Assembly: GCA_002269645.1 (NCBI GenBank)
Contig: NIVC01003253.1
Coordinates: 1,163 to 65,162 of the forward strand
Origin: Macrostomum lignano
Lineage: Eukaryota
Direction of reading: 5' to 3'
DNA length: 64,000 nucleotides
The notes under the pieces were generated by a model. That model ran no database searches. It saw only the letters and a list, made by a program, of their open reading frames with translations, and was not told the origin of the DNA. A program made the translations under genes and the position numbers. This document shows, piece after piece, positions 36,301 to 48,800 of this stretch (its first letter is position 1; each line of letters starts with the position of its first letter).

Positions 36301-39300
36301 TAATTATAACAGCTTCTTGGGGGTAGTGCTTCGCACACACATGCATCTGCGCATGTCACATGTCACCTACCTTCCATAGCAGATTTGAGTATTAAATTAT
36401 TTTTAACGCCAAATGAGAGTCAAGAAACACTTAATAAAGTGTAAGAAGACGGACTTGCAAACTATTTCCCTATTTCCGGCGCCTTATTTGTTTCCCTCGC
36501 ACTTATCACCTGTGTAGCCTTCTCTTTAAAAGCCAAAAAGGCTTTATATTCGCATAAGGCTTGGCCATAGACTATGCTTAATCTAAATAAGCCGATTACC
36601 AGTGTACTTTTTTCACCATGATTTGCGAGTCTCTCGTCCGGAGTGATTAAGAAGTCCTTGGAGCTTACTAAATGCACTGGCAACACGGCAAATAAACGTT
36701 TCTTTCAGGCCTTCAGCTTATTTCTAAGAAAACCGAGTGTGGCTTCCTACCAGCCAGATTGGCTCTCCCTAAGAACTAAAACGCTCTAGCGAAGAGTAAT
36801 TAATTTCTCTGCGCCACCTGCAACCAGCCAATTTAATAATTTTTGCTTCACAAATTTGCAGCAACTCAAATCAGCCTCAGACGAGCGACAAAGTTCGCTT
36901 CCTGCATCCCGGATATCAACAGCCGCAGCAGCCGCCTTCGCAGCCAACGTGGAAAACAGCAGTAGATTGGTCGGTAAGTACAAAGCAATGAAAAAAAGCG
37001 TAAAGACAACGAAATCAAGCGATTTTTTTTTATTCACGTCTGGATTTTGGCATTCACAATCCAGAAAGTGTTTGGAAGCTAACTAATTTTGTAAAGCACT
37101 GAAAATTTGTATTTCAAGTTATTATTGTGCTAAAGACTATTATTCAGATAAAAAATGAATGTTGCAATGAAATCAGAGTCATTTGTTGTCTTTGCTATGA
37201 AGACGTTCACTCGTCCTTCTGGTACTTCCTCTTGCAAACCACTCCCTTGGCCTCGAGGGTCATGACGAAGCTTTTGCCGTCGGAGCCGAGCTCCCGAATG
37301 ATGGTGGAGTTCGGGTCGCCCTTCTGCTCCTGGATCAGCTTGTTGCCCTCCAGACGCACGGTGGACTTCACCTTGCGGCCGTCGGCGGTGGTCTCTTCGA
37401 ACTCCTCGCCGAGGGCGAAGCTGATCTCGGCGCTCTTGAAGGTGGAGGTGGTCTTGATGGTCCAGCGGCCGCCAGCCTCGCTGATCTCCTGCACCGGCTT
37501 GGCAGTGGAGCCGGCGGTCCTCATCACCAGGCCGACGCCCAGAGCCTTCATGTACTCATCGAAGTTCTCGGAGTCAACGAGCTTCCACTTGCCTGCGAAT
37601 CCTCCGGCCGACATGTCTTTGCTGTGCGTGTGCTTGCTGCGAATGAATATCGGGTGAATTGGGTGAATTACAGCGGGTGGCGAGGCTCAGGCAAAGCGCG
37701 GCTCGGGCTGATTTATGCGCCTAGAATCTGTTATCTTATCTGTCTGAGTACCTGCGCAGAGCCCCTTCTCTGTCTCTCTGTCCTGCGTCTGCATACCCCC
37801 CCCCCCCTGCTGGCAAGTTGACTCACGCAGTGGGGCCCCTGGCACTGCATTCGCTACAAAGGTCGCAATGCGAGTATCGGGACTGAGCAGCTCGCTCCGG
37901 CCTCACGCGTGTAGCGGACTGGGAGAGTCGCAATGTTTGCTCAGTCAACTTTGTCTGTTGTCTAATTGGAGATAATAACAAAATGACCCCAACCCCCAGT
38001 CCCGTACCTTGGCCCGCCCCGTCTGCCCCCGACAGCCCTTCAGACCACTGAGCAGGCGATTCTCTCCCCTCCGAAGTCAGTTTGAGATGATTAAAAGTCC
38101 GCAGTCTGAGCAAAAACAACACGACTCGGCACCCGACAGTTAGTGAAGGCGCGCTGTGGAGTTTCTCACCTTTTTTTGACTTGCTCGCGCCACCTGCGCT
38201 TATCTGGGTACCAAAAACTTGGAGACAATTTGCCAACAATCTTTTGGCTTCAGAAGGCAGCAACCAGTTTTTAACTGAGCTGCGCATTGAACTGAGAAAC
38301 ACTTTGGACTCTGAAAACTGTTCGAATCTTTATACTTGCTATGGCTAAGCCTCTGAAAGCAACTAGCAACAGTTTGGTTGTATCGCTGCTTGCTGGTAGA
38401 ATATTTTTTCCACGCAGCCGAATGCTAAGAATGGTATTAGCTAGCTTGCATGTTTGACCTAGCCAACAACTGCAGTTAGAGTGTTGCCAGATAGTTGGTA
38501 TCGAACTGGCACAAAGTTACAAGTGTTGGGCAGACACTGTTCATTTTCACATATGTGTTTGTGCGCTACTTTTGGACGCATTTTATCAATAAAATGCAAA
38601 ATGCGCAAAAGAAGTCCTTCTGTGTCCGTGGGCGCCTTGCGACAATATGAACGGGATGTAGTTCCGTTTGCTTTTTTACGGAACTCCTGACACCCAGTTT
38701 GGCACTCCTGACACCCAGTTTGGCACTCCTGACACCAAGTTTGGCACTCCTGACACCCAGTTTGGCACTCCTGACACCAAGTTTGGCACTATTGACACCA
38801 AGTTTGGCACTCCTGACACCAAGTTTGGCACTATTGACACCAAGTTTGGCACTCCTGACACCAAGTTTGGCACTATTGACACCAAGTTTGGCACTCCTGA
38901 CACCCAGTTTGGCACTATTGACACCAAGTTTGGCACTCCTGACACCCAGTTTGGCACTCCTGACACCAAGTTTGGCACTATTGACACCAAGTTTGGCACT
39001 CCTGACACCAAGTTTGGCACTATTGACACCAAGTTTGGCACTCCTGACACCAAGTTTGGCACTATTGACACCAAGTTTGGCACTCCTGACACCCAGTTTG
39101 GCACTATTGACACCAAGTTTGGCACTCCTGACACCCAGTTTGGCACTCCTGACACCCAGTTTGTTGCCTTTAGCATCAAATCGATCCCTTTCCTAACAAT
39201 TGTTTCGCGGCAATTGCGTTTTCCAATATACGAGACTGCGGTCAGATCAATGCAACCAAAACTGGCGCGCAGGACTCGGCGGTCAATGGGGAGCACATCT

Positions 39301-42300
39301 GGATTGACACTGGCGCCAGCGGCGACTTCTGCTATGTTGGCGAGTCCGACTGCACCGTGAGTCACCCAAACCTACCTAAAATAAGTGGCATGGATGACCA
39401 ATTTTAAAAAAATGTAATCCACAGAAAACCGGAGCCAAGAAGAAGTGCACCACCTGCAAGATTATCATTCACACGGGATGTTTCGGCCAATTGGCAAAGG
39501 TATGAAAGCTGGTGTAATTTACTAAAAAATTATAGCAACCGCTGTTCAGTCCAAGGACTGGGGGGTCGACACACACCCTCAGTTACCCTCGGGTCCTTTG
39601 AAACTTTACAATAGCAACCCGGCCTGCACAAAGTTTGTGTTTCTTCTCAGCTCTCTTTCTGTTCTCTCCTGTTCTCTCCCCTCTCCTCTCTCCCTTCTCT
39701 CCCTTCGCTCCTCTTCTCTCCCCTCTCCTCTCTCCCTTCTCTCCCTTCTCTCCTCTTCTCTCCCCTCTCCTCTCTCCCTTCTCTCCCTTCGCTCCTGTTC
39801 TCTCCCTCTCCTCTCTCCCTTCTCTCCCTTCGCTCCTCTTCTCTCCCCTCTCCTCTCTCCCTTCTCTCACTTCGCTCCTGTTCTCTCCCCTCTCCTCTCT
39901 CCCTTCTCTCCCTTCGCTCCTGTTCTCTCCCCTCTCCTCTCTCCCTTCGCTCCTGTTCTCTCCCTCTCCTCTCTCCCTTCTCTCCCTTCGCTCCTCTTCT
40001 CTCCCCTCTCCTCTCTCCCTTCTCTCCCTTCGCTCCTGTTCTCTCCCTCTCCTCTCTCCCTTCTCTCCCTTCGCTCCTGTTCTCTCCCTCTCCTCTCTCC
40101 CTTCTCTCCTTTCGCTCCTCTTCTCTCCCCTCTCCTCTCTCCCTTCTCTCCCTTCGCTCCTCTTCTCTCCCCTCTCCTCTCTCCCTTCTCTCCCTTCGCT
40201 CCTCTTCTCTCCCCTCTCCTCTCTCCTTTCTCTCCCTTCGCTCCTCTTCTCTCCCCTCTCCTCTCTCCCTTCTCTCCCTTCGCTCCTGTTCTCTCCCTCT
40301 CCTCTCTCCCTTCTCTCCCTTCGCTCCTCTTCTCTCCCCTCTCCTCTCTCCCTTCTCTCACTTCGCTCCTGTTCTCTCCCTCTCCTCTCTCCCTTCTCTC
40401 CCTTCGCTCCTCTTCTCTCCCCTCTCCTCTCTCCCTTCTCTCACTTCGCTCCTGTTCTCTCCCTCTCCTCTCTCCCTTCTCTCCCTTCGCTCCTCTTCTC
40501 TCCCCTCTCCTCTCTCCCTTCTCTCCCTTCGCTCCTCTTCTCTCCCCTCTCCTCTCTCCTTTCTCTCCCTTCGCTCCTCTTCTCTCCCCTCTCCTCTCTC
40601 CCTTCTCTCCCTTCGCTCCTGTTCTCTCCCTCTCCTCTCTCCCTTCTCTCCCTTCGCTCCTCTTCTCTCCCCTCTCCTCTCTCCCTTCTCTCACTTCGCT
40701 CCTGTTCTCTCCCTCTCCTCTCTCCCTTCTCTCCCTTCGCTCCTCTTCTCTCCCCTCTCCTCTCTCCCTTCTCTCACTTCGCTCCTGTTCTCTCCCTCTC
40801 CTCTCTCCCTTCTCTCCCTTCTCTCCTGTTCTCTACCCTCTCCTCTTTCCCTCCTTTCCTTTCCTCTTCTCTCGCCTCTCTCCCCTCTCCTCTCTCCCTC
40901 CTTTGCTTTCCTCTTCTCTCGCCTCTCTCCCCTCTCCTCTCTCCCTCCTTTCCTTTCCTCTTCTCTCGCCTCTCTCCCCTTTTCTCTCATCTTATCTGAC
41001 AACATAGCTCTTCTCTCATTCCATATCTCGCCTCTCTTCTTCCCTCTCATTTCTCATCTATTGTTTCTTCTCCTTTCCTCTCTCACCTGGCCCGCAGCCT
41101 TGAGCTGGATTCTCAATGCGGCCCTTGAGGTAAAAAAGTTTGTCGACCCCTGCCTTAAAGGCTGGCTGTCAGTGCAAAATCCCATTAATTCAGTAATCAA
41201 CACAGTCTTATATTTTGCTTCTCTCTCTCCGTTGCTTTTTCGGCTAGAAAACACGCGGCCGCCGCTTATTGCCTAACGAAATTTGGTCGCATTTTGTCTC
41301 CTGTCTCCCCGGTCCCCGCCTCCCTCTTGTACCGATCCTGGCGTGCAGGGCGTGGGCGGCTGGCGGCAGTGCTGGGAGCAACGATTTGGCCCAGATGTTG
41401 TGTGTGTGTGTGCGTGCGTGTTTCCGCGAACTGCGCTTCGTATAACGGGTCTCACATTTCCATAAGAGGCAGAGAAGAGAGAGACAGAGGAAGGAGGGGA
41501 GTAGGAAGGCAGTCTGATTAAGCACTGGCTTGACTACAGCGAATTCCGTTGTAAATAACGTTTAAAAAATAAGCCAAAAAAGAAAACCAACATGTTTTTT
41601 AGCTGTGAGCGCACCTGACCTTCGTATGATCTGGGGTTCCCGGAGGGTGCGCAATATCTTGCAAATCGGTATAACTGTACAAACTGTACACCACCCTTGA
41701 GCAACCGACTTCTTACACCCTTCGGACTTTTTCCCTACTTCTTAAAGCAACTACTTAAACCATTTAATCCTTTAGAATTTAAACCCTTCAGCCCTCCCCA
41801 AACCCTTCCCTTCAACCCTTCAACCCTTCAGCCCTCCAGCCCTCCTTTCAACCCTTCAATCGTTTTGCAGATCTCATTTCGCTGCAAGCCAACATTTCGC
41901 GAGGGTGGCATCAAAGGATCCCGCGAGGCTGGGCGCCAGGGTGAGGTGAGTGCTCTACATCATCTTCATCGTTTGCATAGTCACGCCACTCGAAAGCTAA
42001 GTAAATAAGGTCAGAACAAAGTCTGAAAGAGCCAGACAAGTCTCATCAACGCTCAAAAGCAAGTGTCTTCTCCGCCCTCCTGCCTGGGAATTTTCAGCTG
42101 TTTATGAAGCATCACTGGGTGCACAGAAGACGTCAAGATGGAAAGTGCAAGGCGTGCGGTAAGGTAAGCAAAAGCAGAAACCTATTTATTCCTCTGCACT
42201 TGGTCCCGGCCATAGACTACAGAAACGTATTTATTCCCCTGCACTTGGTCCCGGCCATAGACTACAGAAACGTATTTATTCCCCTGCACTTGGTCCCGGC

Positions 42301-45300
42301 CATAGACTACAGAAACTTATTTATTCCCCTATTAGGCCCGGCCACAGACTACAGAAACGTACTTATTCCCCTATTACGCCCGGCCATAGACTATAGAAAC
42401 GTATTTATAGCATAGTTCGCATAGCGCCAAGTGAGGATTACCGAAGACAGTCGCGGCGGGTAGTGAAACGCGTGCTTTAATCACCCGCTGTATTTGCACT
42501 GAATCAATGGCCTCTTTACCATAGACATTCTCTAAACTGATATGTCCAACTGATTATTGATTATCCAATTAAATTACGGTATTTTTCATCTAGACGAACA
42601 ATTTCAGTCATTCCAGCAGAAGTTCCCGTTCAACAACAAGGAGGTGATAGCGATCTCCTGCAGTTGGTGCAAAGCGGCCTACCACAACAAGGTCAACTGC
42701 TTCATGATGCACCTCATCGATGAGTCCTGCAATTTCGGGCCGCACGCGTCAATCATTCTGCCGCCGTCCTGGGTGACAAAAACTCCGCCCAAGTGTCGGA
42801 ATCGATCCTCGATTAGGCGGCGAAGTTTTCATAAGAATTCGTTTAAACGACGAAAATCCAAGTCGAATATGCAGCCGCCGGCAGCTGCTGGCGGTGGTGG
42901 CGGCGCCTGCGCAGGAGGCGGTGCGCAAGTGTCAGCCGGGACCAACAGTAAAGACAGTGAGAGCATTTTGTGTATCTGTTCCTTGACAGCTCGGTGCGGT
43001 GAAGTAGTCTACGGAGTAGATAAAGGAGTAGACTCTGGCGTAGATAGAAAATTAGACTGGCATAGGTAGAGAAGTAGACTGCGGCATAGATAGAGTAGAC
43101 TGTGGCGTAGATAGAGAAGTAGACTGCGGAGTAGATTTCGTCGCAACTAAATAAAAGCAGCTCCCCCCTCGGACGCAGGCCAGCCCCCAGCCCAGCTGTC
43201 ACCAGCCGCCCATTCTGCATTCGTCATCAAGCCGGTGGCGTCCCCGCCGCATGTCCGCCCTATCCTGGTGTTCATCAATCCGCGCTCCGGCGGCAATCTC
43301 GGCGCCAAACTGATGCACAAATTTCTCTGGCTGCTCAATCCTCGCCAGGTGTTTGACCTGACGCAGCACGAGCCGGCCTTTGCACTCGATCTGTTCCGCC
43401 GGGTGCCCGGGTTCCGCATCCTCGTCTGCGGCGGTGACGGCACAGCGGGCTGGGTGCTGTCCACCATCGACAGGCTTGGCATCAGCCCCTGCCCGCCCGT
43501 GGCCATCCTGCCGCTGGGCACCGGCAACGATCTGGCCAGGACGCTCAACTGGGGTGCCGGCTACACGGACGAGCCGCTGTCCAAAATTCTCTGCTGCGTT
43601 GAGGAGGGCCGAGTTGTGCTGCTGGATAGGTGGGTCAGGACTGTACGATTGAAACTGCTGTCACTCTCTGACTGTCACTCTCTGACTGTCACTCTCTGAC
43701 TGTCACTCTCTGACTGTCACTCTCTGACTGTCACTCTCTGACTGTCACTCTCTGACTGTCACTCTCTGACTGTCACTCTCTGACTGTCACTCTCTGACTG
43801 TCACTCTCTGACTGTCACTCTCTGACTGTCACTCTCTGACTGTCACTCTCTGACTGTCACTCTCTGACTGTCACTCTCTGACTGTCACTCTCTGACTGTC
43901 ACTCTCTGACTGTCACTCTCTGACTGTCACTCTCTGACTGTCACTCTCTGACTGTCACTCTCTGACTGTCACTCTCTGACTGTCACTCTCTGACTGTCAC
44001 TCTCTGACTGTCACTCTCTGACTGTCACTCTCTGACTGTCACTCTCTGACTGTCACTCTCTGACTGTCACTCTCTGACTGTCACTCTCTGACTGTCACTC
44101 TCTCTGACTGTCACTCTCTGACTTTCACTCTCTGACTGTCACTCTCTGACTGTCAGTCTCTCTGACTGTCACTCTCTGACTGTCACTCTCTGACTGTCAC
44201 TCTCTGACTGTCACTCTCTGACTGTCACTCTCTGACTGTCACTCTCTCTGACTGTCACTCTCTCTGACTGTCACTCTCTGACTTTCACTCTCTGACTGTC
44301 ACTCTCTCTGACTGTCGCTCTCTCTGACTGTCACTCTCTCTGACTGTCACTCTCTCTGACTGTCACTCTCTGACTGTCACTCTCTGACTGTCACTCTCTG
44401 ACTGTCACTCTCTCTGACTGTCACTCTCTGACTGTCACTCTCTGACTGTCACTCTCTCTGACTGTCACTCTCTCTGACTGTCACTCTCTCTGACTGTCAC
44501 TCTCTCTGACTGTCACTCTCTCTGACTGTCACTCTCTGACTTTCACTCTCTGACTGTCACTCTCTGACTGTCAGTCTCTCTGATTGTCACTCTCTGATTT
44601 TCACTCTCTGACTGTCACTCTCTCTGACTGTCACTCTCTGACTGTCACTCTCTCTGACTGTCACTCTCTGACTGTTTCTCTCTGACTGTCACTCTCTCTG
44701 ACTGTCACTCTCCCGAATTGACTCGTCTGTCAGTGCCGCAAGGAAACTATTATTTTCGCTAAATCTGTGTCTTGAGTGGCATCAAAGAACTAAGAATACG
44801 AGCTGAGACCTACTCAGCCACAGCCCTGGATGCCAGATGATTTATGACCTTGTCTCAGCTAGTCGCTGCATCCGTAGCATCGCCAGCCTTCCTGCTTCTG
44901 AGCTCGCGTGGATTCGAACGCATTTGAGGATGGCTATAAAAAGCTGATTAATGGAAAGGTCAAAAGAAATGGGCTCCGGAATAGGAAAGACAGGGAATGC
45001 CATGATCTATCTAGATTTTTAGTATCCGCCTGGGAATAACGAATAATTAATAATCATAAATCTGGATTCGAGAAAGCTCTATTGACAATGCCGTGGGCAC
45101 TTAAGCAACTGATAGATTCAAAGCGTGGGCTGAGGGGCGGCCAGTGATTAAAGACTGAACTCATCCGCAGGTGGCACGTGGACATCGAGCCCAATCCCGA
45201 CTGCCCAGCTGAGGCGGCAGCTCCTGACGCCAACAGCGAGTCTGGGAGCTGCGGCGGCAGCGGCGGCGGCGGCGGCGGCAGGTCGACCTACGACAAGCCG

Positions 45301-45425
45301 CATGTGAGCGTCTTCAATAACTATTTCAGTCTGGGAGCCGACGCCGCCGTGGCGCTGGAGTTCCACGAGTCTAGAGGTAACTGTCTGTCTGTCTATCTGT
45401 CTGTCTGTCTGTCTGTCTGTCTGCC

Positions 45426-45462
<37 letters not shown>

Positions 45463-45542
45463 GCCTGTCTGTCTGTCTATCTGTCTGTCTGTCTGTCTGT
45501 CTGTCTGCCTGTCTGTCTGTCTGTCTGTGTCTGTCTGTCTGC

Positions 45543-45628
<86 letters not shown>

Positions 45629-45664
45629 GCCTGTCTGTCTGTCTGTCTGTGTCTGTCTGTCTGC

Positions 45665-45746
<82 letters not shown>

Positions 45747-45779
45747 GCCTGTCTGTCTGCCTGTCTGTCTGACTGTCTA

Positions 45780-45824
<45 letters not shown>

Positions 45825-48800
45825 GTGCCTGTCTGTCTGTCTGTCTGTCTGTCTCAAGCTGACCTCAATTTGAACCCCAAATTTGCAGAGGCCAATCCGG
45901 AGCGCTTCAGCAGCCGGCTGAGAAACATGATGTTCTATGCTGGGGTGAGAGCTGCAGAAAATGCCTGATATTTGCTAGGGCTTCCGTGTAACACAAATTG
46001 CCTCATGACGCAAATGTAACGCAGAAAAAGCGCTAAAAATTATAAGCAAATTAAACCAATTAGTTCAGGAAATCAAATTTGGAAAATCTCGCCCACGCAA
46101 CTCAGAGAGAAGGATAATAGTACTTTCTGAGTGCAAACTAATTATATTAATTAACTGATTAGGCAGTCCACCTAAATTAGGTAAATCTCCATCTGGCACT
46201 GCTCACGAGCGGGAGCCGAATAACCAAGAGAAAAGAATTTTTTAAAATAGGTTGCATGATTTCTAGGCTATCTCAGGCCGAGCTCAAACTCGTAAATAGT
46301 TTTCCTTTCGTTACCATGCAGGAAGGCTCCAGGTCCATTCTCAGGCGGCCGTGGCGCGATCTTAGCCAGGTTGTACTTTTAGAGGTGAGCTCTTGACGAT
46401 TGCGTATTTGCGTAAATGCAAATTTTGCCACCTTTGCGCGCTTGTAAAATATGCGCGCCTAAAATGCCGGTGCGCATTTGTAACTATGCGCGCTTTCAAT
46501 GCGCGCTAGTAAGATTTCATGCAAATGCAGCCGCGCTCATTACTCAATCCAACCAGTGCGACGGGGCGAACCTGACCGATCGGATCCGCGAACTGCGCGT
46601 CACCTCCATTCTGTTTCTCAACATTCCAAAGTACAGCGCCGGCGCCATGCCCTGGGGAAATCCCACCGGTAGTCAGGGGTTCGAGCCCCAGCGGCCGGAC
46701 GACGGATACGTGGAGGTCATTGGGTTCAGTTCCAGTCACCTGGTGAGTCATTCAATCGCGCGGAAGTCCCAGCTGATTAAATGAGCTGAGCCGGCGGGAC
46801 GGGAGAGAGAGATATATGGGAGATTTTATCCTCGGGGGGGGGGGTATAAAAAGGCCATCACGGGCCTGGAATCTGTGATGATGAAAACATCCCCATATTC
46901 AGTAAGGCAAGAGGATCTCGCATCGTTGAAGCACCACGCATCAGTGAGAGTGGGCCGACCTATTATAAAAAAACTTATTTTGTCCCTTGGGTGATAAATA
47001 TTTACCAGTCTGTCCCTGCTGCCTGTGCAGGCCCTGCGAGTTCAGTCTGTAGAGGAATCAGGTTCCTCAACCAAAGGATTTTCAAGCATAACAGCCTCAA
47101 ATGTCCAAATAGTCTCGGTCCAGATCTGGCCTTCATGCTTGATGACGCTTTTCGCTTAGCTAGTTTATGAATAGATAAAAGATTTTGCATTTATGCACTA
47201 AATTAAAAATGCCTCACAAACTACTAACAAAACAACTCGTTTCGATGCCATTCCGCAGGCCACTGTGCAGATGGGCTGGCATGGGCACCGGATCTGCCAG
47301 TGCAAGCACGCCGTGATACGGACTAGCAGAGTCATTCCCATTCAGGTAGGGCTTGACTGGGACTAGCTCAACTTGTAGCTCATTCAGGAAGAGTGCAGAT
47401 CATTCAGGGAGAGTGCAGATCATTCAGGGAGAGTGCCGCTCATTCAGGGAGAGTGCAGATCATTCAGGGAGAGTGCAGATCAATCGGGGAGAGTGCCGCT
47501 CATTCAGGGAGAGTGCAGATCATTCAGGGAGAGTGCAGATCAATCGGGGAGAGTGCAGATCATTCAGGGAGAGTGCAGATCATTCAGGGAGAGTGCAGAT
47601 CATTCAGGGAGAGTGCAGATCATTCAGGGAGAGTGCAGATCATTCAGGGAGAGTGCAGATCATTCAGGGAGAGTGCAGATCATTCAGGGAGAGTGCAGAT
47701 CATTCAGGGAGAGTGCAGATCATTCAGGGAGAGTGCAGATCATTCAGGGAGAGTGCAGATCATTCAGGGAGAGTGCAGATCATTCAGGGAGAGTGCAGAT
47801 CATTCAGGGAGAGTGCAGATCATTCAGGGAGAGTGCAGATCAATCGGGGAGAGTGCAGATCATTCAGGGAGAGTGCAGATCATTCAGGGAGAGTGCAGAT
47901 CATTCAGGGAGAGTGCAGATCATTCAGGGAGAGTGCAGATCATTCAGCGAGAGTGCAGATCATTCAGCGAGATTGCAGATCATTCAGGGAGAGTGCAGCT
48001 CTAACAGTGACGTCATTCAGATTGACGGAGAGCCGTGGCGGCTGCAGCCCTCGGTGATAGACATCCGGCTGCACAACCAGGCCAGCATGATCCAGAAGCC
48101 GAAGCGAAGGAACAGCGCTCCTCTGCTAGCCGAGTGAGTGCATGGCTTGGCCAGCTCAATAAAATAAAACAAAACTATTTGCTGACTGAGCCAATAAAAA
48201 CTCACACCTACTTGCCGCATTTTAGCATGTCGATGTAAGTCCTGCTGCTGTTTCAGTCACTTGTAATTATTGGAATTGACAACTTTAGGTAAGGTATAGT
48301 AACTATAGTTAATTATTAAGCTGCTGGTTTCAGGTGCGACTTCAAAGGCACGTTAATTATTCAACTAAAGCTGATCAAAGAAATATTCTCTTAGAGTTAA
48401 TGGCTTTTAATTAATTATTTCATTAGCCTACCTAGCTTTGTGCATTGGTTTCAGGCTCTAAATGACGGTTTTTGCCTTTCTTTGCAGCAGATCCTTTGCT
48501 TTGTCTCAACTCTCCCAGGTGTGAAGCGTGCCCATTTTCATTTCCAAACCCTGCGTCCAGGTATTAACGCCCCTGTCTAACAGGTGACAACCCCTGTCTA
48601 ACGGGTGACAACCCCTGTCTAACAGGTGACAACCCATGTCTAACAGGTGACAACCCCTGTCTAACGGGTGACACCCCTGTCTAACGGGTGACACCCCTGT
48701 CTAACGGGTGACACCCCTGTCTAACAGGTGACAACCCATGTCTAACAGGTGACAACCCCTGTCTAACGGGTGACACCCCTGTCTAACGGGTGACACCCCT

